Shown here: piece after piece, positions 30,730 through 44,096 of the stretch | Position numbering within the stretch: position 1 is the stretch's first letter | How the letters are laid out: every line of letters starts with the position of its first letter | Notes under the pieces: model-generated | Told to the model about the DNA's origin: nothing | Databases searched by the model: none | Seen by the model: the letters and a program-made list of their open reading frames with translations, nothing else | Translations under genes and position numbers: made by a program | Source of the DNA: Takakia lepidozioides | Taxonomy: Eukaryota; Plantae; Bryophyta | NCBI GenBank assembly: GCA_030704615.1 | Contig: CM060731.1 | Span: forward strand, 65,286,001-65,350,000 | Length of the DNA stretch: 64,000 nucleotides | Reading direction: 5' to 3'

Positions 30730-32480
30730 TGCCTACACACCCCTAGAACTTGGGACCATGTTTTGCCTCACAATCGGTTTCACAGGGCTGTGATCTCTCC
30801 CACCCATGGTTAGCAGTATGTGCCCTCACAACTTCTATCAGACCCAAAGCGGCTGACTCAAGGACACGTTCATGTGCCAGCGTTCCACTTTCTTCAACCA
30901 CCAAGGCCTCTCTCCAGCATCTCTACTGCCCCAAAACCCAAGGTGTCTGGAATCTTTGCAAGAATGACAGGTACAGACTTATTAGGCAAAGAGCGTTCGG
31001 AACTCCATGTAATGCAGACCTGGAATTCAGCAACACCCCTCGATACCAAGTTACAGTTCAATCAAGACACCTTCCTCATCCTCTGTGAGAATAGAATCCT
31101 ACAGCGCAATTACTTGCTTGCATCTTGCTCTCTCTCTTCTACGGGCATTGGCACAATTCAGGGTGGGCTCGCAGGATTGAGACTGGCAGATGGGATTAGC
31201 TGCAGCATGACCTTTGTCCAGCTTATACGCAACAAGATTGAGACTGAAGAATATTTCTTCTTTCAAATGTCCTCTCCACCAACATAATCCAGGGCCACTA
31301 CTCTTTAGAGACAACCACTCCCTCACTGCAGTGGTCCATGACAAAGATAAGAGATACCTTGGGGCATATGTACACGAGGTTCTCCACCATAGAGTTAAAT
31401 TGTACTTTCATGGTTGTGGTGGGGCTGGTTGTAGGGGGATCCACATTTCTGTCTTGTTTTCTTTTTCCTTTGTCCCTTAAGCTCTTTGAGCTTCCTGTGG
31501 ACGTTACGAATTTTTGCTCCGGTCTCCAACTTCTTTGAGTGCCACGGACTCTCCGTTGCTTCCCTACTACGACAGATGGGTTGGAAATTTTGTCCAAGTA
31601 GGACCGGAACAGATGCATCAGACAGAAGTTTATGGAACTTATGTCAGGCGAACCTGGAAACCAAGTGGAATCTTGCTGCCCACTTACCCGTCTGCAACTC
31701 TATCTCCCTCTCTTCTGAGAGCACTGGGGAGATTTAAGGTGGGGTCCACAGTCCGCGGATAGAAACTGGTAGGTGGGACAGCCTGCAGCATGAGGAACGC
31801 CTATGCCCTGCTTGTGCCCAGGACAACAGGAGGGAAATCGAAAGTGAAGAACATTTTTTCTTTCCCTGTCCTTTCTACTATGAGATCTGTGGGAGACCAC
31901 TTCTTTCCAGATACTACAGAGGTGTTCCATTACGAGGATCAGAAATGCTTACCAACCTGCATAAGGTGCTCACTCTTAGAGAATCCCTTGGTCAATATTG
32001 GGCTACTTGTGGAGGGCCCATCTCTCTTTCTTGTTTCATGCTTTCCCTTGTCCCATCAGCTCTTTGAGCTCTCCGCAGATCTTATAAAGTATCATTTCAA
32101 TTTTTGCTTGCTCTTTCTGTCTGTCTGTTCTATGCACTATCACACACACACAGATAACATGCCACAACACTTAAAAGATGAACAGATCATACAGATACTC
32201 CGGCGTCTACTAGTTCTGAGACACACCTTTATCAGCAGCAGTGAAGCCTGCCTCCATTTGGGCTTTGTGTTGAGCCCAAATCCAGGTAGGTGGTCAGGAT
32301 CATCACCGCACAGCTGCAATTTGGGAAAGAATGTACTCGTGAGGCATTGATTTCCGTAGCCTTGTGGCCATAGACCCCGCGCCCAGTTTGGCTGGGACAA
32401 GAGGGATCAGACACAAGCTTTGTGAGGGGCTAAGTCCACTAGTGGGACTTACCTTGGTATCAACAATTGGTACGGGCTTT
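30730..32480 (-). pseudogene. Inverted, diverged duplicate of OGDH intron 20/exon 21/intron 21
   Basis: Reverse complement of ~17270-18890. The exon-21 copy at 32227-32313 retains AG/GT but has a 1-bp deletion (tttgggctcaac vs tttgggcctcaac). Confidence 0.88.
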
Positions 32481-32559
32481 CTGCACTTAACAGTGTTTAG
32501 CAGCAGCTAAAACTAGAAGGACTATCTTGATTGAAAGGCCCTCAAATCTACTGGGCATG

Positions 32560-33180
32560 GTTCATGTTTGTTCATGCCTAGATAGTGCTTTTGATAGAAA
32601 GCAGTCTTTGCTTGTTGCTTCTCTCCAGCTTCAACTTGGCAATCATATTGATGTATCGGACAGAGAAACACCATCTCTGAAGTAAATTTTGCCGAAGCAT
32701 TATGAGGTCTTTAGGTACTTCCATCCAATGTAGTCTGTCCAGTAACAAGGAACAGATTCCAATCTTTTTTGAAGTCAACAATGTATGTGTACACAAATTT
32801 TTTTCATGTGCAGCCTACCATAGTTTGGAGAGTAGAAATGTGAACTAAAGTAGACCATCTGTGCCAGCTTGCTTGCCCGACCGCTCTTAGCCCTCGTGAA
32901 TGATTGCCCAATTGTTGAACTCCATGGCTAAAACTGCCCCTACAGTTTGCCATGAAGATGAGAACATAATCATTCGATAGTTATCCCAATCCAACCTCTC
33001 GGTGGATGATGCTTTTTGTAGCATTTGTTGAAGAGGTTTGCAATATATGGAACCAGGTCGACTTGTGATTGGGAGCGTCTGTCTCGGGGGGTGTGGTTGG
33101 AAGAAAGACTGTAGTTTGATACTGTAGGCTCGTTTCTTTGGACGGATAAGAGCCTTGTTTTGCTTGATAGCGAGGTTTCT
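32560..33180 (-). mobile_element. Degraded LINE RT remnant
   Basis: Fragments LVPYIANLFNKC and NYRMIM resemble LINE RT N-terminal motifs; multiple frameshifts. Confidence 0.45.
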
Positions 33181-33555
33181 AGACTTCGAAGATGACATAT
33201 CAAAAATGACTAATTTGACCCTTTCGCTAGCAAGTTTGCAATCTGCATCATAGAAGTGGGTGGAGAAAGGTGAGTGAAAAGATGAGAGGGAAGAAGCCTA
33301 GAACGGACTCCTAGAGGGCCTTAGTCAAGGTAGGATCCGGATTAATCACCCCAGTTAGAGTGTATGGAGCATGGAGGCTATGGGATCACTTGCAACAATC
33401 ATTGATGGTACCCTTAAGCAAAAAAGAGGGCTAACTTTTCACTATAGAAATTCAAATGGAAGAAGCCTCCTGCTTGTGAGCTTGGAGATTTTACTCCATG
33501 CCAAGCTTCTGGTGAAGGTCAACATCTGTCGGGTGAGCACATAAATGAAATGAAA

Positions 33556-33972
33556 TGCTCCTAGGCTGGGTCTCGTTGAAGCATTGAGTAAGCATTTCTG
33601 GTCCTACTTGAGTACTCATGCACTTCTTGAAGCTCAACAAGTATTCAGCATATAGTGCCAATCCCATAACCTTCCACTTCCAATATGTATACTCAAAGCC
33701 TACTACTGGGCAAGGGTGTCTACATGCCATGTGAATCACCTTTCCAAAATATGTCAAAGTACTCTACATCCCCCACCTTTCTTTCTCAAAAGGCTGTAGT
33801 ACAACCCTATAACCCCATCAGGTTTTGAATGGAGTAGATGTTGCATTGACAGCTTTTGTATAAAGGTTGTTCAATAACAGAGATGTTACCTGAGGGAGGT
33901 GTTACCTAGAGAAGCCACATCATGGCAGTGGTTTTTGGCAAAAGAGAGGAGGTGACAATTGGGGAAGGCACA
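33556..33972 (+). repeat. Direct diverged copy of the OGDH 3' UTR region (~23597-23990)
   Basis: Shared blocks such as atgctcctaggctgggt, agtactcatgcacttcttgaagctcaacaagtattcagcatatag and tataaccccatcaggttttgaatggagtagatgttgca. Confidence 0.85.
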
Positions 33973-34472
33973 ACATGTGATAAGCGATTTTTGACATGAT
34001 GCATAGTGAATGTACCAGTGTTGGACTGGTATATAGGTGAAGGACTGGTATATAATACTATCTATAGGAAATCTTTCCAACGGACAAAAGGCTGACAAGA
34101 AAAAAAGAGCGGACTCCAAACACATGAGGAATCCCTCGGATGTTGTGGCGCCTCGTCAATCCAAGCCCGCGGGAATCCACTGTTCCCCTGCGAGACCTTC
34201 AATGGTAAATTTCAAAACAATTTCTCCACTTTCGTTTGCAGTTTGTTTTGCAGTCCCAAACTAACTCCGTAATTTTTATACAAGCGAGTATGGAGCCGCA
34301 TAACTTCTTGAATACGTCTCCCGACAAGGTGCATCCACGAACCTCCACTTGACAGCCGACGTTCATCTTTTCATGATCTCAAACTGTTCGATATATCGTC
34401 TACTCTTGGTCATTTACAGTAGTCCATTGTCGGGACATTTATATCTCGGGGCCACCTCCAACCGGCGGTGAA

Positions 34473-34934
34473 TTGTTTAAGGAGAGATTTCGTTTCAAGA
34501 AAGTTACAGTTCATGTTCTCGACAGGCCTTTTGTGGTTCCCCGGCCCGGAGTCTTGGAGTTTCTCAACCTTGCGTTGATGCATTTTCACGTGGCGATTTG
34601 GTCATGTGTTAAAAGAGATGTTCTTTGTAGGATGCTTGAGTGCTTAGTTCCCACGAAAATTGCAAAGAAGTTTTGCTTTATCTGGTCAGCTGAGGATTGC
34701 AAAGACACTACCGGTTACATCATGCCTGAGATGAAATATCTCGTTAAGAATATTCGCACTATTCTTGCCAAGTACCCTGGTACATCATTTGCAACGCAAG
34801 GACAAATATTCCTTGTCGATGATGAGCCATCAAAGGGCCTCCGAAACCCACCAAATACTGGATTCTTCCCTATTTCATACAAGCCATCACCAAAGGGTTT
34901 GGTTGACCAAGATAATATGACAAAAGCTGTGTAG
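34473..34934 (+). pseudogene. FCP1/NIF-type HAD-domain fragment
   Basis: RPGVLEFL...FHVAIWS...FIWSAEDC...KNIRTI...IFLVDDEPSKGLRNP; motif I (DxD/N) not found. Confidence 0.6.
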
Positions 34935-36390
34935 CCATATATATTGAAAATGGCTGCAGCTTCAACAGTCGTCAGCGGGAACCCTGCCAAGTGTTCTCGT
35001 AAGCCTATTGGTCGCGACCACGCCTATTGGGCTTGGTATGGAAGATATGTTGATCCTCGTGTTTGGATCCCACAACAAAAAGAACCTGATTACTTTGGTA
35101 TGTACTTATCCCACTGTTTGTTATTTATGGAGAATTTGATCTTGAAAGTATCTTCCACTTGCACTTTTACCTTATCATTTTTTCTACAAATCTTCCACAT
35201 TTCAGCTGACTTTTGTCATATGAAAAATTGTTTTGCCCAGTCACATTCAAGGAGCGAATTCGAAAAGAAGAAGAAGAGCTTCGTGATTGGCAAGAATGGC
35301 GGGCTTCCCGGCAGGTTTCAAGAGCATCAAGAGATTCAACAAGTAGAGTTCCACGTAATATTTCGGATAATAATGTTACTTCTAGGTTCGAGTTCTCTGA
35401 AAGTATTTCCGTTTCCTCTGGTGCGGAGACCGTTGCAAGTGGTTGTGGTAACCGGAGGCGTCTTCAAACACATGACTTGACTGCGATCCGTTTGGGAAGA
35501 AGCTCTGTAATATTAATGGGTTAGTGTAAGCCGTTGTATGGCTTCGAGCCGATGGATAACATTAAGTCCAACGGATGTACAGTTGACGTTACATTATGTG
35601 TGACTGCAATGCCAAAGTTGCAATCTCTAATAAAATATGAATGTTTATCATCAATGTATGCGGACTCATTCTTTCATGTCATCCTCTTCATCACATGCCA
35701 TGATTGTTCTATGTTTGGTTTTGTATGTTATATGATATGGCAACCATTTTGTACAAAAAGTTTTACATATCTGACCTCACATCATGGTGTAATTTATTGC
35801 ATCCTCCCATTTTCTTCATGAACGTCAATTTGGCAGTGGATGTTCTTCTAAAACCACAATACATACTTATATTGTCTCCAAAAAATGTTTGGAGGATTAT
35901 TGTTCATGGTTATATTGTGCATAAAATAGCCAAATAATCATATGTATCGCTTTATTTCAATAATAAATTTTATTTATTCATATTTCTCATATTATTTCTG
36001 GACCAAACAAAAGTCCAGAATTAGTTAAAATACAGTTAGTGACAACAATGTGAGCTGCTACAGAGGTAGATTTATCTCAATCATATAGTTCGGATATAAT
36101 TTATTATTTGAATGTATTATTATGTATTAATAATGATGACTTACCGTATTAGAAACCATAGAATATTTTTCAATAAAAATCTAAGTAGAACTTACCATTT
36201 AGTATAACAAAGAGTGGATTACATCATTTTCATATAGATTATAAATGTCATCTAGATTTACTTGTTTCTCTTTTTTCTTTTTAAAAATTGAACATGGGAC
36301 AGTGGCCTTGGATGAACTTTATTGAGATTACTTGTTGGCTGCAGAATCTATGTAATACCGGAGCTCAAAACTTTCTTATTTTCATCAACT

Positions 36391-36937
36391 TGTCGTGCGC
36401 ATACGTATCGCTACAAAACTACATCGCTGTCCAAACCACACCACACATATATGCACAATAAAGTAGTCTGCCGCAATTGCCCCCATGGCCGTGAAAAGCT
36501 AAGAACACACTCTTAACACAAGAAACATGAAATCCATCTCGTCATCACTCTTTCAGATAATAGTCGAGCCAGGGGCACCCCAAGCTATGGGGACTCCACC
36601 CCACAACAACCTATCATCCCATCATAAGCACACTCAGTTCTAAACGATGAAGGAGCTCGGTCGCGCAGGCTCAACTCGAGAGAGATGAACTGCGCGACTG
36701 CCGCTCTCGTGAAGATAAGACGGTTCAGGTGTCAAACTAAACTTGACACCTGATTTAACACTTGACCTAAATCCAAGTGTTAAATATAAATAACTAGCTT
36801 TATTCTAGTTGTTTTCACACTGTGCTTATTTAACTTGACAACTGTCGTGCGCATACATATCACTACACAACTACATCGCTGTCCAAACCACACCACACAT
36901 ATATGTACAATAAAGTAGTCTGCCACAATCGCCCCCC
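36391..36937. repeat. ~95-bp direct repeats bracketing a hairpin cluster
   Basis: tgtcgtgcgcatac...aaagtagtctgcc.caat.gcccc at 36391-36485 and 36843-36937. Confidence 0.75.
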
Positions 36938-37127
36938 TAGCTGGTGGATAGGTCCCTCTACCTCCAGATAGCTACAAGATGTAATAGCCACAGCCGTACT
37001 AAGTCCTCTATCACTGTCCCTATTGTACTCAAACTCTATAGACCAAGAGGTCGGGTACAAGAGTAGCCCCATCGTTAGTCGCCGTCTTGCAATCTGTGAA
37101 CTTGAGCCAAGATCTCGTGTGTTCAAG

Positions 37128-40100
37128 TGTCGCGGCCCTTTGCCTTGAGGGCAGGGGGTCGGGACACATGAGGGGCTGCCCCTGTGGTGGGGGCAGCGGC
37201 AGCGATAGGTATGGGGGGCTGAAGCACCCTTGAGTGCCCAAGGCACTCAAGGAGGCGGAGGCACTCACTAGGTGGAGCCCCGCACACCGGGTTGCGGTGG
37301 GGGTGCCTCCACAAGGGGTGGTGGTAGCTTAGCGGGACTTAGTGGGGGTGGCATAGGACTCACCATGGGGGTGGAGACCTCGTGGTGGGAGTCGTGGGGA
37401 GTCTTGGGACTCATCACGGTCCATAGTGGCCGTGGTGAGTGGGCCAAGACTCACCGCGACTCATCACCGGGAGTCGAGGGTTTTCGTGGTGGTTCGCCAT
37501 AAAATGGCATGGCTGGTTGTGAAACCCCCGCGGACAGCTACAAAAATATATATAGGGAGTAGTAACCCCGAGAACGGTGCAAGCCCGTTGGTGTCCAAAA
37601 ACTAGTGAGTAAGCGAGCGAGCCGGAAAGCGACCAAAGAGTGGGGAGCTGTTCCGGACTGCCAACTACCAAAGGGAATTCCCACTGGTTCCAAATCGGTG
37701 GAGGGTTCTTTGGGAGAACAAAGGGGGACCGTTATGCCCCGGTGAGCAGCCGAAGCTCCAAGTTGGCCCCGCGGCCGGTTGGGAGTCAAGCACGCGCATC
37801 AAAGCGAGTAACTATGACTTGAGGGGGAGCTTACCGAAGTGAGGTGCGCGACACTTGGTATCAGAGCTTAGAGTTCAGTACGCGATCGTCCTTGGGATTG
37901 GCCTCATCATGGGGTCGGGCAAACCGAAGCGAAAGCGGAACGGCCCAAAAGATGATGATCCCGGTGAGCCCGATGGGGGCGACGTGCCACCGAAGCGGCC
38001 GTTTGAGGAAGCGACGCAGGTTTTTGAAAGCGAGGCCGCTCAAGAGCGGGAGGAATCCGAGGAGTCGGAGCCCAAGGAATCCGTGAGAGCTCCGACCGAC
38101 CAACAGATGCCTCCCATGCTGACAGCCTTTTGGGAAGGGTTGTTGGTGCAGTTTGGCGGGACGTTGAAAGACGTGTTGAAGGCGGCTAATGCCACTTCCA
38201 CTAAGGCAAAGTTTAAAGTGAAGCCTAAGGAACCCGGCATCTTCGAGGGCGTCCGAAATCGGAAGGCACGCAACACCTGGCTCATGGAGCTAGAGCAGTA
38301 CTTCCGGGCGGCCAAGTTGAGTGACGAGGATCGGGTGGAAGTGGCTCCCACCTATTTGAGGGGCTATGCTCAACAATGGTGGCAGAAATGCCTTCACGAC
38401 CGAGGCCCAAGCCCGGAAACCTTGAACTGGAGTGGGTTCAAGGAATTGATGAAGAGACAGTTTGTGCCCCTCAACGCGTCCTGGCTTGCCCGGGACAAGA
38501 TGAGGAATTTGAAGCAAACAGATGACATTCGGGGGTATGTCCAGGCTTTCAATGTGCTGTTCGCTCGAAGTCGCGGACATGGCAGAACCAGAAATGGTCT
38601 TCAACTTTGTGGTGGGACTGGCCCCATGGGCCAGGTGGAAGTTGGAGGAGAAGCCACCCAAGACTTTGAACGAGGCAATTGAGAGGGCTGAATGTTTCTC
38701 GGATGTCCCTAGGGTTGAGAGACAAGGCCGTACGGAGCTGAACCACAAGAAGACCCGGCGGGAAGGTGACTCCTTCCGACCGGAAAAGAGGTGGGATAGG
38801 CCACGCGGCGACAATGGCACGTGGAAATCGAAGGGAGGGCCTTCACACGTCAAGGCGGCACCCGGTGCTTCGAAAGGAAAAGCGGGTGGAGCGGCTTATG
38901 GCGGACAAAAGATGACCTTTGATGGAGTGTGTTTCAATTGCGGGGAGCCCGGGCACATGGCCAAGAAGTGCACGAAACCTCGACAATTGAACATGACTCG
39001 GGCAACCACAGAGCTGTCGGAAGATACCATCAGTCGCTTGGTGGAAGCGGTGGTCGCCGGGACTTGCAAGGTAGGCAAATATTCTTGTGAGTTGTATCAG
39101 GAAACTGGCGCATTGCGTAAAGGGAGTCACTTATTGTTCGTGGATGGGATAATATCCGGAACTAACGTGTCATTGTTGGTGGACACAGGAGCGTCGCACT
39201 CCTTCATGACACCGGCAACGGCACAAAAGCTTGGACTCCCGACAACTGACGTAGGGGCCTCTATTGAGGTGCATTTTGCCAAAGGAGAACCGCAATTGGC
39301 GACGAGGTTGGCGTTCGATGTTCCTCTTCAACTGGGGAGTTGGGAGGGACGTGAGAACTTCACCGTGTGCGAGATCGATGGAGCGGATCTCATTTTGGGG
39401 ATGACCTTTTTGAGCAAATCCGGAGCGGTCATAGATGGCCGCAAGAGGGTAGTCACGCTGCCATGTTGGAATGGTGGCGAGGTCTTACGAGTTTCGGAAA
39501 CGCCCAAACTCGTGGGAGGGCGAATAAACCTTCTATCAGCAAGGGAGTGGGCCGTGGAGGAGGCACACGAGCCCCAATTTTTGCTCTACATTAGAGAAGT
39601 GAAGGGAGAAGGCAAGGGAGAGCCGAGCCCAGATTGGATCAAGGGGATTTTGGAGAAATACCATGATGTGATGCCGGAGGATTTGCCAAGCGGCTTGCCA
39701 CCGCGAAGAGGAGTTGACCACAAGATTGAGGTGATACCGGGATCGGAACCGCCTGCCAAGGTGCCCTACCGGTTGAGCCACAGAGAGTTGGTCGAGCTGA
39801 AGACTCAGCTCAAAGATCTAATGTCAAAGGGGTATATCCGGCCGAGTAAGTCACCTTACGGAGCCCCGGTGCTATTCGCAGACAAGAAGGATGGGACGCT
39901 GCGGATGTGTGTCGATTACAGGGCTTTGAATAAGGTGACTATCAAAAACCGGTATCCTTTGCCAAGGATCGACGACCTTTTCGATCAGTTGGCAGGAGCG
40001 AAGTATTTAAGCCGGATCGATCTGCGCTCTGGCTATCATCAAATTCGAGTGGCGGAAGGAGATGAGGAGAAGACCGCGTGCAGGACAAGGTATGGTTCAT

Positions 40101-43100
40101 ATGAGTTCTTGGTGCTGCCTTTTGGGCTCACCAATGCACCAGCGACATTTAGCACGCTGATGAACAGCCTTTTCCAGGAGTGGTTGGATGACTTTGTGAT
40201 CGTGTACATCGACGACATGTTGGTATATTCGAAAACAAAGGAGGAGCACCTGGAGCACCTCAAAAGGATGTTCCAGAAATTGCGAGAAGGGAAGTTGTAT
40301 GCCAAAGCTTCAAAGTGCGAATTCGGGGTCACAAAAGTGGAGTTCCTGGGGCATGTGATTACACATGATGGGATCAAAATGGATGACAGAAAGGTGAGGG
40401 CGATCTTGGACTGGGAGCCTCCGACTTCGGTCCCGGGAGTGCGATCCTTCCTTGGACTCGCCTCCTATTACCGGAAGTATGTGAGAAATTTCGCCAAGAT
40501 CGCGGGGCCGTTGTCAGACCTTCTGTGTAAATCTAAAGTCTGGGCATGGAACACTCTTTGTGGCCAAGCTTTCGCTAAATTGAAGCAGGGGATGGCGGAA
40601 GCTCCAGTCTTGAAAATCCCGGAGTTCGATCGTCCGTTCGAGATACATACAGATGCGTCGGACTTTGCGATTGGGGGTGTACTGATGCAAGATGGACGTC
40701 CAGTGGCTTACGAAAGTAAGAAACTGAATGAAGTGGAGCGACGGTGGCCGACGCACGAGAAAGAGATGAAGGCGGTGGTGCACTGTCTTGAGCTTTGGCG
40801 CCACTATGTTGGTTCCAACCCAGTGAAGGTGTTCACGGACAATGTCACGGTGAAGTATTTTGCCACGCAGCCCAAGTTGTCCCCAAAACAACTTAGGTGG
40901 CAAGATACTTTGGCGGTGTTCGACGTGGATATCCAGTACAAACCGGGATGAGACAACGTGGTGGCCGATGCTTTAAGTAGAAAGCAGCAGCTCTTGTTGG
41001 TGTACAAGGGCGAGACGGCGCTCCAAAGGAAGATCCGGAAGGCTTGCCGGAAGGATGAACTGACGAAGTCCGTGATGCAGGACTTGAGGATGGGGGTTAA
41101 ATCGCAGTTCCACTTTCAAAATGGACTGCTCCGGTATAAGCAAAAGCGTCTCTACGTGCCGAAGGGAGGGATCAGAGATAGCCTCTTGAGAGAATGCCAT
41201 GATAGCCCGCTTGCGGGCCACGGCGGAGCCAAGCGCACTGCGGCGCTCTTGAAGAAAGAGTATTTCTGGCCCAAACTGAGGGAGGAGGCAGAGGAGTATG
41301 TCAAGACATGCACCACATGCCAACAAAACCGGAGCGAGTACAAAAAGCAAGCGGGGCTGTTACAACCCTTGCAGATTCCAGAGGGGACTTGGGAAAGCGT
41401 CTCGATGGATTTTATGACTGCTATGCCGCTGTCAAAAGGATTCGATGCAATCATAGTGGTGGTGGATAGGTTCAGTAAAATGGGCCATTTCATCCCCACC
41501 AAGGAGACGGCAACGGCGCAGGAGACAGGGCAACTTTACTTCGCCCACGTCTTAAAGCATCATGGAGTCCCGAAGGATATGTCTCGGACCGCGATCCAAA
41601 GTTTACGAGTAAATTTTGGAGGGCACTTTGGAAGAAGATGGGGACGAGGCTGAAGATGAGCACCGCCTTCCGACCTACGACCGACGGCCAAACAGAAAGA
41701 GTGAATTCCGTAGTGAAGCAGATCTTGCGGAATTACGTGTCGGCAGACCAAACAGACTGGGTGGAACACTTAGACGCGGCAGAGTTCTGTTATAATAACA
41801 CAGAACACTCCGCAACGGGAGTTTCCCCTTTTGTATTGGTCTATGGAAAAGCACCTCTGGTGCCGACAAGTTGGGCCGCCCAGGACGTTGAGGAACCGGC
41901 AGTAGCGGCGGTACTGGAAGAACGCGAGCGTTTGTTGAAGCTCGCAAAGTACAACATTGCCAAAGCTAGGAAACGGTATGAAAGGCAGGCAATCGGAAGC
42001 GGAGGGAAGTAAAGTTTGAGGCAGGCACAGAGGTCTGGTTGAACATCAAGAATTTCCGACTACCTCCGGAAGTGAGTCCGAAGTTCGTACCTCCGTATGC
42101 GGGACCCTTTCGCATTCGGAAGGTTATGAATGAGGATGTGTATGAATTGGAGCTGCCGGAAACAGCAAGGTGCACCCAGTATTCATGTCTCCCTTTTGAA
42201 GCCTTAATTCAAAGATGAAGCGCGTCCGAATCGGCATCAAGTGTTGCGTCCGCCACCTATGCTGTTGGATCATCAAAATGAACCTGAGTACGAGGTGGAG
42301 GCAATACTTAAGTCGAGGAGGTTCAGGAACCGAGAAACGGAGTATCTCGTCAAATGGAAGGGCTATCATCATGTGGAGGCATCTTGGGTGCGTGCCTCAG
42401 AAATGGGAAACGCATCCGAGGCGGTTGCAGCTTTCGAAGGGCGACCTCAAAAACGGAAGAAGCGTTGATGGGGACATCAACTTGGAGCGTGGGGGAGGAA
42501 ATGCATGCTTAGCCCGGCTTAGCTAGCTTAGGAATCTGATTGCAAAAACTTGTATTGTACAAAACGTGCTTTAAATGAAATGGCTTCCAAATGTTGTGCG
42601 TCCTATTTTGTTTGGAATGGTGATGCATGGTATGGTTGGCTAGTGTGTAGAATGCATGCTAGCTTATAAAAGTGGGAGAGGTAAATTGGGTAATCGTGTG
42701 TTTGCGGAGTGCCGAAATCAAGTGACCCCCATTTAAGGGCAAGGAAACTTGCGCCTTCTTTGGGAGTTCACGTGCTAGTGCGCACCTGGCGCGTGCGCGT
42801 ACTATAACTGCGCTACCGAGGGGGTTGCCTTGTAGTGCGGGCTAACGCGGAAGCTACGTGCTTTCCGTTCACGTACTATAATCGTGTAGCCTCGGGACGA
42901 AGTCGTAGTGCGGCTTCGGCGTGTTCCCGTACCTCAGGCCAGCATTCCAAGGCGGACCCAATTGTAGTGATTGGGGCGCACGGTTGGTTCAAGGTTATCT
43001 TCCTAGTCAAAGAGGGTTCCAGGTGAACCCTTTGCTCAAGGTGATGCCAAAAGCGGCATCATGAGCGGTCGCAAGCAATGTTGTTGCAGTAAGGCGATTC

Positions 43101-44096
43101 GATCCTCGGGGAGGATCGTTCCTTGGCCTTGAAGTAGGCCAAGAAGAGTGCACTGGGAGGAGCTGGAGAGGCTCCACCCTTGGCCGGGACTTGGAGGAAG
43201 TTGGCCGAACTAGCTAGTGGAGAGTAGAGTCAAGTGTGGGGTTTGGTTCTTTGCCATGGGACGCCATGGTACGGAAACAAACTCCTTGATGTGGGACGCC
43301 ACAACTTGGATGTTCGTTTCTACAAAACGATAAGTCGATGAGGACATCGACTCCCTGTTGGTAGGGGTGTGTGTCGCGGCCCTTTGCCTTGAGGGCAGGG
43401 GGTCGAGACACATGAGGGGCTGCCCCTGTGGTGGGGGCAGCGGCAGCAATAGGTATGGGGGGCTGAAGCACCCTTGAGTGCCCAAGGCACTCAAGGAGGC
43501 GGAGCACTCACTAGGTGGAGCCCCGCACACCGGGTTGCGGTGGGGGTGGCTCCACAAGGGGTGGTGGTAGCTTAGCGGGACTTAGTGGGGGTGGCATAGG
43601 ACTCACCATGGGGGTGGAGACCTCGTGGTGGGAGTCGTGGGGAGTCTTGGGACTCATCACGGTCCATAGTGGCCGTGGTGAGTGGGCCAAGACTCACCGC
43701 GACTCATCACCGGGAGTCGAGGGTTTTCGTGGTGGTTCGCCATAAAATGGCATGGCTGGTTGTGAAACCCCCGCGGACAGCTACAGAAGTATATATAGGG
43801 AGTAGTAACCCCGAGAACGGTGCAAGCCCGTTGGTGACCAAAAACTAGTGAGTAAGCGAGCGAGCCGGGAAAGCGACCAAAGAGTGGGGAGCTGTTCCGG
43901 ACTGCCATCTACCAAAGGGAATTCCGCTGGTCCCAAATCGGTGGAGGGTTCTTTGGGAGAACAAAGGGGGGACCGTTATGCCCCAGTGAGCAGCCGAAGC
44001 TCCAAGTTGGCCCGGCGGCCAGGTTGGGAGTCAGGCGCGCGCATCAAAGCGAGTAACTATGACTTGAGGGGGAGCTTACCGAAGTGAGGTGCGCAA
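37128..44096 (+). mobile_element. Ty3/gypsy chromovirus LTR retrotransposon
   Basis: LTRs 37128-37853 and 43372-44096; 5-bp TSD tcaag; PBS tggtatcagagc at 37856; PPT before 43372; gag-PR-RT-RH-IN-chromo order. Confidence 0.95.
37909..42468 (+). pseudogene. gag-pol polyprotein with chromodomain, disrupted
   Basis: Gag (WLMELEQYF), [14 protein letters not shown], protease [14 protein letters not shown], RNase H DASD, integrase HDSPLAGH/CTTC, GPF, chromodomain YEVEAIL..EYLVKWKGY..ASW. TGA at 40949-40951 and frameshifts near 38560, 41580, 42000 and 42170. Confidence 0.9.

Noticed and set aside
36861-36870. CACTAC as the left TIR of the CACTA element
   Set aside because: It diverges from CACTACAACAAAT after 7 nt, has no subterminal repeats or matching 3-bp TSD, and is part of a local direct repeat.
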